Source: Nitrosopumilaceae archaeon (GTDB lineage Archaea > Thermoproteota > Nitrososphaeria > Nitrososphaerales > Nitrosopumilaceae). From it: 64,000 bases of DNA. This document shows positions 21,339-30,809 of the stretch, one piece after another. The position numbers were made by a program, and so were the translations under genes. The stretch is taken from assembly GCA_965209085.1 (NCBI GenBank), contig OZ242376.1, forward strand, positions 1,600,001 to 1,664,000. Reading direction: 5' to 3'. The notes beneath the pieces were generated by a model. The model was not told the DNA's origin. It was given only the letters and a program-made list of their open reading frames with translations, and made no database searches. Position 1 is the stretch's first letter; every line of letters begins with the position of its first letter.

Positions 21339-22921
21339 GTAACTGTCTAGAGTTTTGAAGCGATTTGATCATATGATCGAGTATTTTCTATCGTGATCTT
21401 TATGGATCAAGCACAAACATGACGAATTGTTGTCAGAACGTGACCAAAATAACCTCAATCCTGGATTACTCCACAAGGTATTGCAGGAAAATGCACGGTT
21501 ACGACGTATCGACAAACAACAGAAAAAAGAGAACACACATGAAAATCAAATATTCCACACTTGAAGTAAAGTATTCCATACTTGAAAAAAAAATCTGCAG
21601 TTCAACAAAAAGAAATAGATGATCTAAAATTCGCTATAAAGGAACTTGTCGCAAAGAATATCCGTGCAAAACCCAACATTTCCAAAACTCTTACAGAAAG
21701 AAAATACTCTGATCATACAAGAACCAGCAGAAAAAAACCCGTCAGAATCGACAATAAAACAAATGTGGATCAAAAGATGTGCAGCGGATGTGGAAACGAG
21801 CTCTCAAAAATCATCGACAAATACACCCGTACGGTGGAGGATATTATTCCAGCAAAGACATACAATACAGAATATACGATATACAGAAGATATTGCAAAC
21901 ACTGTAAAAAGACAATCACACCAAAAATACACACCGCACTTCCAAACAGCAGGTTTGGGATCAGATTGGGAGTGTTTATCGTCTCACTCAAATTATTGGG
22001 AATTTCATATGTAAAAATATCACGACTGGTAAATACAATAGACTTCATGCATAATAGGCCAAATTCACAATTTTTACGAATAAAAATGACTGATTTTAAT
22101 GATTATGCATGAGGTCTAATGTATTCGATACACGTGACACCTTCCACCATAAACCACGTGATAACAAAAATGGCGACAGCGTTTGGTTCGCTGTACGAGC
22201 AGATGATAAAGGAATTAAACCAAGAATTAAACATACACGGAGATGAGACCAGCTGGCGGATTGATGGCATCAACCACTGGTTGTGGGTGTTTGTTGGAAA
22301 ATGGACCATCATATATGAAATTGACAAATCACGTGGCCGCGAGGTACCAAAAAAAATATTAAAAGAATACAAGGGAAACGTTACAAGCGATTCATGGCCA
22401 GCATGGAATTATGCTGGTAAAACACATCAGCGTTGCCATGTTCACTATAAAAGAGAGATCCTGGGTACAATAGATCATAAAAACCCCGGCAAAGAGTTTG
22501 AACCATTTGCAAAACGTCTGCAAAAAATACTCTACGACTCACAGAATGCTGCAAAGATACAAAGCAAGATCAAGAGGCTTAAAATCAAGAAAAATCTAGA
22601 GGTAAGAATTGACAGACTGATCTCAAAGCCGTACAAGGAGAAAAACTGTATCAGATTTGTAAAAAGAATCAGGCGAGAAAAAGATATGCTCTTTACGTTT
22701 CTAAAAACGGGTACTGACTGACACAACAATACCGCCGAGAGGGGGATTCGACCAAATGTCGTAATACGCAAAATTACAAATGGTCACCGCTCAGAGGATG
22801 GTGCCAAAGCTCACAGGATATTGATGAGCATAAAGGAGACATGCAGGTTGAGGAATCTGAACTTTCATGATTATTTGGAAGAATATCTATCCAATTTAAC
22901 TTCAAAACTCTAGACAGTTAC
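21339..22921 (+). mobile_element. IS66-family element A, transposase pseudogenised
   Basis: Perfect 22-bp IRs GTAACTGTCTAGAGTTTTGAAG; CxxC finger, HGDETSW, SDSW, QRCHVH, NNTAERGIR; frameshift near 21590, MITE insertion, TGA at 22719. Confidence 0.92.
22040..22117 (+). mobile_element. 78-bp family-1 MITE inserted in the IS66 transposase
   Basis: TIRs AGACTTCATGCATAAT / ATTATGCATGAGGTCT, AAT target duplication; removal restores LVNTMYSIH. Confidence 0.9.
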
Positions 22922-23090
22922 AAAATTTCTTGTGAACGTCCATTCCAACAAACATATCCTTCCCAGAATATCGGGTAATCTGTTTGTTTACATTTGGATC
23001 TTTTTTAGATGATTTACGTCTCGGCAATACGGATCGTTTGACATTCTTACAACCATCTGTGGTCTTAGAAGCTCTCTTCACATATGGTTA
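22922..23090 (-). mobile_element. Left end and N-terminus of an IS110/IS1111 element, cut off by IS66-A
   Basis: Hand translation 23027->22922: LPRRKSSKKDPNVNKQITRYSGKDMFVGMDVHKKF (first DEDD motif); end TA-ACCAT-ATGTGAA. Confidence 0.8.
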
Positions 23091-23160
23091 TGCATAATGG
23101 GTCAAATTCACAATTTTTACGAATAAAAATGACCGATTTGAACGATTATGCATACGGTCT
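23089..23160 (+). mobile_element. Family-1 MITE whose left TIR is interrupted by the IS110/IS1111 end
   Basis: TATGCATAATGGGTCAAATTCACAATTTTTACGAATAAAAATGAC...ATTATGCATACGGTCT. Confidence 0.85.
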
Positions 23161-23161
23161 A

Positions 23162-24436
23162 TTATATCCGATATGAAGACGTATGTCCATAGTCATTAAA
23201 TTTTTTGAAATCATCTTCACCTAACATTCCATTTTGATCAAATATGGATGACTCTTCGTCATACTTGTAAGCGCCCAATATTTTACTTGTAAAATATTTG
23301 ACAATTTTCATGATCTCTACATTTGTTAATTCCAATACGTTGCAGATTTGCTCACTGTAAACATCATTATAATCACATTTGTTAGAATCCTCTCTCATCC
23401 ATGATCGTTTTGAAGCGCGCAAAATTTTTCCATTACTCTTCAAATCACTTAAAGTCATATCTATAGATCTTTTGATCGCGATCCCGAAAGTAATGCTGTC
23501 TTCATATTTGATATATTTGTAATAATCTCTACAAATTATGACGAATGATAATAACGACATAGTCGTACTCTGCAAACTAAGATACAATTTATTATTTTCA
23601 ATGTTTAAGAGAGGATTTGTAACTGCTTGAATTACGGATCCGTTATCATAATGTTGGAGATAATCTGATTGTTTCGCATATTTGGAATAATATCTTATAA
23701 AATCTATATTTGATTCTTGTTCTCTTTTATATAATATTATTAAATTATTTTGAATTTTTATTTCTTTACCATCAGCTAAACTTTTAAAAAATTTTTTACT
23801 ATCATCCGAAAATAACTTCAAATTTTGCTGTGGCTGCACTATGAAATATGTGCATGGATATAGTATAGTATGCAATGCACGAGATGCCACATCTTGTATG
23901 ATGTTATCATTACTGTGTAACATGACATCAAGTTTTTTCAAATCTTGATGATTTCCAAACATACTTGAATCCGTACCATTAAATCCATATTTTTTTTGTA
24001 ATTGATCTTCTAATTTTATATCGTTCATTTTACCCGATAAATTAAATGACATACATTTATTCTTGATTCTTTCAACTAGATCTTTAACGTCTTTTGATGA
24101 ATTTATATCAAATTTATTCGCCTGAATCTTACTCAAAAGCCCTTTTGGGGTTGAATTATCTAATCTAATCGGAAGTATTGGCATTTTGTTTCGATCTGCC
24201 ATCCCTGCCTCTTGATTAGCATATGGAGAATTATTATAATTCTCTGTAATCAGAGCTAAAAACAATTTTGACGTTATTAAATTATTCTTTATTATGTCTG
24301 ACCAATTTTCACCACTTTGGATGTTCCGTTGTGCCACGAATGTATTTATGCCATATTTATTAAGCGCGGTGGCTATTTTTGTTACAATGGCATAATCGGC
24401 ACTTGCATAACTTATGAAAATTTTTATATCATTCAA
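23162..24436 (-). CDS. TIR-domain protein
   Basis: IFISYASAD...GENWSDII...SPYANQEAG...ILPIR; very AT-rich; uncharacterised C-terminal region. Confidence 0.85.
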   Translation of the reverse strand: MNDIKIFISYASADYAIVTKIATALNKYGINTFVAQRNIQSGENWSDIIKNNLITSKLFLALITENYNNSPYANQEAGMADRNKMPILPIRLDNSTPKGLLSKIQANKFDINSSKDVKDLVERIKNKCMSFNLSGKMNDIKLEDQLQKKYGFNGTDSSMFGNHQDLKKLDVMLHSNDNIIQDVASRALHTILYPCTYFIVQPQQNLKLFSDDSKKFFKSLADGKEIKIQNNLIILYKREQESNIDFIRYYSKYAKQSDYLQHYDNGSVIQAVTNPLLNIENNKLYLSLQSTTMSLLSFVIICRDYYKYIKYEDSITFGIAIKRSIDMTLSDLKSNGKILRASKRSWMREDSNKCDYNDVYSEQICNVLELTNVEIMKIVKYFTSKILGAYKYDEESSIFDQNGMLGEDDFKKFNDYGHTSSYRI

Positions 24437-24446
24437 TAGTCTGTGT

Positions 24447-25800
24447 GTATGAGGTCAGCTATTAAACGATACTGAACACATCTTCAAAGACGATTTTATC
24501 ATGTGATCTCCATGTCAAAACGCACGTTAGAAAGTTTGACATTCTTCTCATGGATTCAGATCCTCTGATCAGTCCGCTTATCTTACGCCAAACCATGACA
24601 TCCCGTAATGCACGCTCGGCTACATTGTTTGTAGGTGTGATGTTTTCATGCTCTATAAAGGCAAGCAGATTCATCGTCGCATTCTCCAACCGTTTGATCA
24701 AACTTTGCATTTTGGACATTTCTGTACTGCGGTATTTATCTAACATGACATCAAGTGTGTATTCAAACGCATGTCGTACACTTGCACCACCGTGGATATT
24801 ATTTTTAGCGTCGTTGAACAGTATGCATAGATTCTCGTAGAGTCTCGGATGTGTACCGCCATGTTTTACCGCCATGTGTTTAACAATCCACAGCTCGTGT
24901 ACCCAGCACCGTTGATACATTCCTCCAGGATCAAATCTCTTGTATGCAAGATATCCGTCAGTTACTGCAAAACCATCAAATTTGTCCATATATGCGTCCA
25001 TAACATGCGCACCACATCTCTTCATGATTATCGTAATATTTTTCTCGTATGCGATTGTCCACGCCCAAACCATCAATCCATTCAGTATGTACGAGATCTC
25101 ATCAATATTGACAAACTGTGATTGCATAACCGTGTTTGTTATTGTTTTTGCCTCCGTTTCCATTAGATCCGAGACATTTGAGATCATGTTGATTATAGTG
25201 GATTTGACAATGACTAGACCGCATGTTGCTTTGAGCAGTTCTTGTATCGCATCATGCGTGATTTTCACTGCTCTGTATTGGAGAACTAGGCAATCCCATT
25301 TTTAACATACGAGTCAGATTTTGACAGATCGTTTTCTGCCTTGTGGACATGTTTACAGTTTGAGCATACGTGTGCGTCGATCATATGTTTGATCTCTGTT
25401 GCAACTGCTGGTATGTAATCAATAATGTCACGCGTTTTTGTATACGAGTATTCCATGGTACTGTCACAGCTGCATTTGGTATTTTTCATGATGTGCTTTA
25501 CAGTATTGGTTAGATTGTATTTACGTGATACTCCCTTGTGACCTAGACTGCCATCTGGTTTTTTGTGGCGGTAATTCGCCATTTTCTCTTGCCTTACGTA
25601 TTTTGCGTTTTTCTTGCATGTATTCAAGTGAACGTAAAGAGGTTGGTGTGTTTGAATTTTCATAATATACGAGTCAAGTTTTGAGGGTTTTAATTTCCCC
25701 CATCCTTTGTGTCCAATCTATGCGTAAATTCTGTCATTTGTTTATTCGTCTTTTCGACAAAAACTCTCAGTCTTCCAATTTGCGATATGTTGGACATCAT
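24447..25800 (-). mobile_element. IS66-family element B, frameshifted transposase
   Basis: ORFs 25663-25286 and 25268-24462: GHKG, CxxC, IDE, VTDGY, QRCWVH, TNNVAERALR; terminal GTATGAGGTCA at 24447; other end not found. Confidence 0.85.
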
Positions 25801-25867
25801 TGCTCATGAGATGGATTATTTATTGATGATATTTGGATCTAAATGATCGTATGTTATTGACTAATTT

Positions 25868-25939
25868 GTTAGGCATGAGATGACTACAATTTCCCACATA
25901 AATACTCAATTCAGAGAAGATCCGTATTTCATGCCTAAC
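25868..25939. repeat. 72-bp inverted-repeat-bounded segment, possible MITE
   Basis: GTTAGGCATGAGAT ... ATTTCATGCCTAAC (13/14 match). Confidence 0.5.
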
Positions 25940-26009
25940 GCCTATGAACCGATAACTTTACAGAACCCATTGGCGGATGATTTATTAATATAGAGTTTAA
26001 ACATAATAT

Positions 26010-26696
26010 ATGAATGATGATGAATTTAAGGATCTATGCAATAAACAGGGATGGGATTCAGATCTTGCACAAGAATATTATAACATAATATCGAAAATAT
26101 TTGATGATGCATTACAAAAAGATACTGAATTTAACGAAAAACTTGTAAATAGACAAAACGAATTTCATCGCACAGCATTACAAAATTATAAAAATTGGAT
26201 GGAGTTATATGAAAAAATACGAAAAACCGTTGATTTTAAAAATGGTGATGAAGTAGACTTGATGTTTCTTACACGTTATTTGATGACAGTTGAGAGTTTG
26301 GCTTCCCATTATGTAACTATATTATATTATGCATGTCGTAAAGCATACGATGATGTTGATGATAAAGAACATAAGTCGTTTAATACCGTACATAATTACA
26401 TATCACTTGGAAACAAATTAGAATTTATTAAAAAACACGGTTTAAAAAAGTATGCAAATCATGTAGATCATAAAACTCGTAATTCTATAGGACATATGAC
26501 TTTTAAAATAAATAATGGTAAAATCAAAATCCCTGAAAATAAAACTGAAATACATGGTTATGATGAAATAAATATAGAACAAATGGGCGAAAATTTAGAC
26601 ACTCATACTATTGCCATATTTGCTGCCATATGGCGCTATTATGGTCAGTATTCCAATGTCTCATCTGATATTTCTGATTGGATAACTCATCTATAA
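26010..26696 (+). CDS. AT-rich hypothetical protein with HEPN-like R-x4-H motif
   Basis: Helical protein, ISLGNKLEF..RNSIGH; TATA-like sequence upstream. Confidence 0.65.
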   Translation: MNDDEFKDLCNKQGWDSDLAQEYYNIISKIFDDALQKDTEFNEKLVNRQNEFHRTALQNYKNWMELYEKIRKTVDFKNGDEVDLMFLTRYLMTVESLASHYVTILYYACRKAYDDVDDKEHKSFNTVHNYISLGNKLEFIKKHGLKKYANHVDHKTRNSIGHMTFKINNGKIKIPENKTEIHGYDEINIEQMGENLDTHTIAIFAAIWRYYGQYSNVSSDISDWITHL

Positions 26697-26727
26697 TACA
26701 ATATTTTAATTTAAAACAAACCAAATC

Positions 26728-27146
26728 GTAACTGTCTAGAGTTTTGAAGCGATTTGATCATATGATCGAGTATTTTCCATCATGATCTTTATGGATCGGG
26801 TACAAACATAACGAATTGTTGCCAGAACGTGACCAAAATGACCATAACCAAAGGCCACACTGCATTGCAAGAAATTGCGCAGTTACAACGTATCAATAAA
26901 CGACAGAAAAGCGAGATTACAGATCTGAAAAACAAATATTCTGCATCTGAGGAAAAATATTCCATACTTGAAAAAAATCTGCAGATCAACAAAAAGAAAT
27001 AGATGATCTAAAATTCGCTATAAAGGAACTTGCCGCAAAGAACATCCGCACAAAACCAAACATTTCCAAAACTCTTACAGAAAGAAAATGCTCCGATCAT
27101 GCAAGAGTCAGCAGAAAAACCCGTCAGAATCGACAATAAAACAAAT
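26728..27146 (+). mobile_element. 5' fragment of a second IS66-A copy
   Basis: Same IR GTAACTGTCTAGAGTTTTGAAG; closely resembles 21339-21763; cut by IS5-like insertion after AAT. Confidence 0.88.
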
Positions 27147-28536
27147 AGACCTTATACATAATTAACCAAAAAATCAATTTTGGCAAATCGAAAGATCTAT
27201 GATCTAGTATCACGTGCGCATAGCATATGCCAATCAGATAAACGCATGATCTCTAAACTGAAAAAGACGATCTTAAAGATGGGAAAGAAGAGTTCCGTGC
27301 AGGAAAAAAGAATTTCCAAACAGGAATCAGAAATTCAACACTACAAAAAGATGGCACAGAGTAGCAATGATGACAAAAGACAGCATGTCGACAAATATTT
27401 GAACAAGGGAATTGGAAATGATGTTCATCTATATGAAATGACAGGAATGGACCGTGAAGAATTTGAATGGATTCTATAACGGTTCAAAAAAACCGTAAAA
27501 AATTCATCAGGGACTCCCCGTTTTTCAGAATATGTGGACGATCCTGGAAACACCTGTATCCTTACCGTAAAGCAAGTTTTGTTTATCAGTGCCGCAAACG
27601 CAATAATCTCAAACAGGGAGCACTTGCGTTCATTGCAGACGTTGATCAGAGCACCATCAGCAGATATCTGACCTTTTCTGATGAGCAGTTGATGGATATT
27701 CTTCCAACGGCTAAGAATATTGGTGCTGCAATACGGACTACGTACAAGCGAGTTGTTTAAGAAATTCGTACCTGGCAGGGGCGGCGGCGAGCTGTATCTT
27801 GATGCCACGTTTGTACAGGTTCAAAGGCCGCAGGAGAATCCAGAGGCAGTATACTCTGGAAAACGCAAGAGGCACGTCTACAGCGTACCGATAGCCTCCA
27901 ACAAAGATGGAGTGGTAAATGACATTGGCGGTCCAGAAGAGGGCTCCGCACACGACATGGAGGTACTGCGGCGTAATCTGCCAAATTTTGGCAAATGGAC
28001 CGATGGTATGAAAAATCCGGACACGAAAAAAGAGCGCCAAATTATGCTATATACTGACAAGGGATATCTGTCCGTGGAAAAAGACTATCCTGGAATTATC
28101 TCAAAGCAGCCGTACAAAAACCAAAGGGCAGGAGATTGACAGAGGCAGAACGCGAATACAGCAAGAGGATCAGTCGTAAGCGCATAAAAATAGAGCATAC
28201 AATAAACTGACTCAAATGGTTCCGTAGAATGAGTGCCGTATATGATGATACAATGGATGCGTTTTATACAGAAATCCAAGTGGTTACAGGACTGACCAAT
28301 CTGCACATCATGTTAAAGGATCGCAAGTATATCGAACCGTTGGAAAAGGTCTGCCCTCAAATCAAGTAGCACATCTTTGTGCATACAGTCACGCATAATA
28401 TTCTACTTTTTGTCATACATATGATATTTTGATTTATTTTGTTGTCTGCTTGAAGGTTTTAGGTCATGTGTACTTTGATCATGACAGTGTCATAGTCGGA
28501 ACCGTATGTTTCAGTGATTGATTATGCATGAGGTCT
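27147..28536 (+). mobile_element. IS5-superfamily (DDE_Tnp_4, ISL2/PIF-like) element, pseudogenised
   Basis: TIRs AGACCTTATACATAAT / ATTATGCATGAGGTCT; YLDAT, YSGKRKRH, HD, TDKGY, RIKIEH motifs; stops and frameshifts. Confidence 0.88.
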
Positions 28537-28563
28537 TATGCATAAACTCTTGCAAAAATTGCA

Positions 28564-28983
28564 TCATCCGCTCTTGGATAATTCAATCAGCGCGGACCAT
28601 ATATGTGCGGGAACCGGCACCACCGAGAGCCGTGATATCCGCAACAGATCCCATCCTGCAAATTGCGAATTAGATTTTATCTCCGAAAGCCCTACTGGTC
28701 GCGCAAGCGGTTTTACGTATTTTACGTCCACTACAATAAACCTCTCCTCATCCTCTTCGGGGTTTGGATACGGCTCGGATACGATTTTCATAATTCCAAC
28801 CGCGCGCCTCTCCGTACCAGTGTGATAGTACAGTACAAGATCGCCTTTTTTCATGGAGCGCATGTGCTTTAATGCAAGGTTGTTGTGTACGCCGTCCCAA
28901 ACGGTTTTACCGTCTTTTTTAAACTGCTCAAAGCTATATCCGCGCGGACCGGAAGGTTCCTGTTTTGCAAGCCAATATTTCAC
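28564..28983 (-). CDS. EVE domain protein
   Basis: GTG start; KYWLAKQEP, WDGVHN, GDLVLYYHTG, SRLSVVPV. Confidence 0.9.
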   Translation of the reverse strand: MKYWLAKQEPSGPRGYSFEQFKKDGKTVWDGVHNNLALKHMRSMKKGDLVLYYHTGTERRAVGIMKIVSEPYPNPEEDEERFIVVDVKYVKPLARPVGLSEIKSNSQFAGWDLLRISRLSVVPVPAHIWSALIELSKSG

Positions 28984-29031
28984 AATACGGCAAGACCGCA
29001 TGTACATTTTACCCTTGCTTGCATATTTCAA

Positions 29032-29190
29032 AAATGTTCCCCGGTTCTGACTCGCACCAGGGTCATCGGCAATAGCCACAACCTCCCTGAGTTCTTTGGC
29101 CGGGGGAATGCCCTGTAGCGTGCCTGGGTGAACCGCCTGCTCATCTAAATCACAACGATACGAATCACGCGGTCCGTCTGCACGCCTGCT
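29032..29190 (-). ncRNA. Candidate two-hairpin box H/ACA guide RNA
   Basis: Two hairpins with internal pockets, apical ATGA/GA K-turn-like elements, each followed by ACA (29114-29116 and 29035-29037). Confidence 0.7.
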
Positions 29191-29213
29191 CTTGGGGCAA
29201 TTCGCACTCAAAC

Positions 29214-30809
29214 CTAGTCAAATATTAATCCAGAGACGTCAATTTCAAATGCGGACACAGACTGGCGTATTTTTCTGTCGGATCGAACTGTACCTGCGAT
29301 TGTACCAACCGATCCAATCTTCTTTCCTCCCACTTCCACGGACGCGCTCTGACCTGCATCAAGCAACGGATGCTTTGATGCTGCAGTTTTTGCCTTTAAG
29401 CCAAGCCCGGATAAAACAGCCTGTAAAAGTGATTTTGCCTCCGTATAGTTTGCCCCGCCATGCGCCAAAACCGCGCACAGATGCGTCTCTTCGTGAACCG
29501 GAGATTTTACATCAAAAACGGTTCCAATCTCAAAGAGTCTCTGCGGATATTCTTCGTGTACGTTGTGCGAGAGGGAATCAAGCAGTCCGTCAAGCAAAGA
29601 GCTGCGCAATACAGTATTTGCTGCAACTTTGAGATTTTTTTTGCCATCCCCCTCTACGAGTGCGGAATTTTTCGCCTCTGTACATCCAAGTCCCACCATG
29701 GCATATCCTAGCGCGCCGGTCATATCGGATGCGGCACTAAGAGAACCGATGAATGGGTGCGGCGAGAGCTTTGGAGTTATGTTTTGCACCCCATACCCCA
29801 GTATTGCCTCCTCTACAAGATCCATCGGACCGAATATGTCAAAACGGTGCCGCAGTATGTGGCACACCAGGTTTGCACCAGAAACTGTAGAGTAAATTCC
29901 GCTCTTGGCCAGCGAAGAACGGACTTGTTTTGCACCCATGTCCAATCCCAATGTATCAGATACCAGTTTGATGGGCAGTTTTTGCACTACAGGCAAAAGC
30001 TTTGCAGTAGAATTTCCCGCACCAGATACTCCAACCTCGTATATGGTAAATCCCATCTCCGATAAAGTGGCAGATACTATGGAGAGCGCATCTTCGGCAT
30101 TGCGCCTCTCTGTTCCGGTAACTTCGACAAATATGCCATCCACTCCGGCAGTTAACGCCGTAGAGGCGGCGTTTATTATCGGAGGTAAGGATATGACAGA
30201 ATCTGTCGAATCCTTCAAAAGAGGCACTCTTGCAAAACCTTGTAGCAGATTCCCGTATAATGCGCCAATTGGGGTTTTTTTCAAAATATCGGCAACGGAC
30301 ATTTCATGAACAGAGCCCAAGGGTACAAACTTTTCGGATAATTCAGCCGTACCGTAGGAGAGCGGAAAGGATACTGCCCCAAGATTGTGCACTCCGATGG
30401 AGGATTTTTTCCTGTTTCGGCACAGTCCCATATGCAGATCCTCCTGCATTGCCATGAGCATTTTTATCTCAGAATTGCCCAGTTTTTTACCGCGTGCTAT
30501 AATTCCTACAATGTACGGGCGCACTTTGCTAACGGCTGAATCAACCCTGATGCGGTTTAATTTAGTGCCTGATTTTAGCGGGAATTTTGGAGCAGGTTTT
30601 GATTTACCCCCCATGTAGCGCAGTCCTGCGGCAATTCCGTATACTGTGGAATAGTCTGGCCTGTTTGGACTGTATTCTACCCGCACCGTGTGCGCATCCT
30701 CGCCCTCTATGTCAAGTCCAAGATACGGCAGCATTTGTAGCAGTTTTTTTGTATTTTTTATTCCCACAAGTTTGGACAGCTGTGCAAATTCCAGCTCGAC
30801 TACCGGCAT
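29214..30809 (-). CDS. pheT: Phenylalanyl-tRNA synthetase beta subunit
   Basis: PNRPD, MQEDLH, PPIIN, DLVEE, LRSSL, FEIG. Confidence 0.93.
   Translation of the reverse strand: MPVVELEFAQLSKLVGIKNTKKLLQMLPYLGLDIEGEDAHTVRVEYSPNRPDYSTVYGIAAGLRYMGGKSKPAPKFPLKSGTKLNRIRVDSAVSKVRPYIVGIIARGKKLGNSEIKMLMAMQEDLHMGLCRNRKKSSIGVHNLGAVSFPLSYGTAELSEKFVPLGSVHEMSVADILKKTPIGALYGNLLQGFARVPLLKDSTDSVISLPPIINAASTALTAGVDGIFVEVTGTERRNAEDALSIVSATLSEMGFTIYEVGVSGAGNSTAKLLPVVQKLPIKLVSDTLGLDMGAKQVRSSLAKSGIYSTVSGANLVCHILRHRFDIFGPMDLVEEAILGYGVQNITPKLSPHPFIGSLSAASDMTGALGYAMVGLGCTEAKNSALVEGDGKKNLKVAANTVLRSSLLDGLLDSLSHNVHEEYPQRLFEIGTVFDVKSPVHEETHLCAVLAHGGANYTEAKSLLQAVLSGLGLKAKTAASKHPLLDAGQSASVEVGGKKIGSVGTIAGTVRSDRKIRQSVSAFEIDVSGLIFD

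Noticed and set aside
28208-28210. Same in-frame TGA in both IS5-like copies (also 42455) and a TGA in IS66-A as stop-codon recoding
   Set aside because: The elements also carry frameshifts and other stops, and core genes such as serS end in TGA; inherited nonsense mutations are simpler.
20940-28545. Recurring ATGCATAAT-type repeats as a CRISPR array
   Set aside because: Irregular spacing, inverted orientation and target duplications identify them as transposon TIRs; no cas genes in the window.
28984-29211. N-terminal extension of the EVE ORF
   Set aside because: The domain starts at the GTG at 28983; the upstream part folds as a structured RNA.
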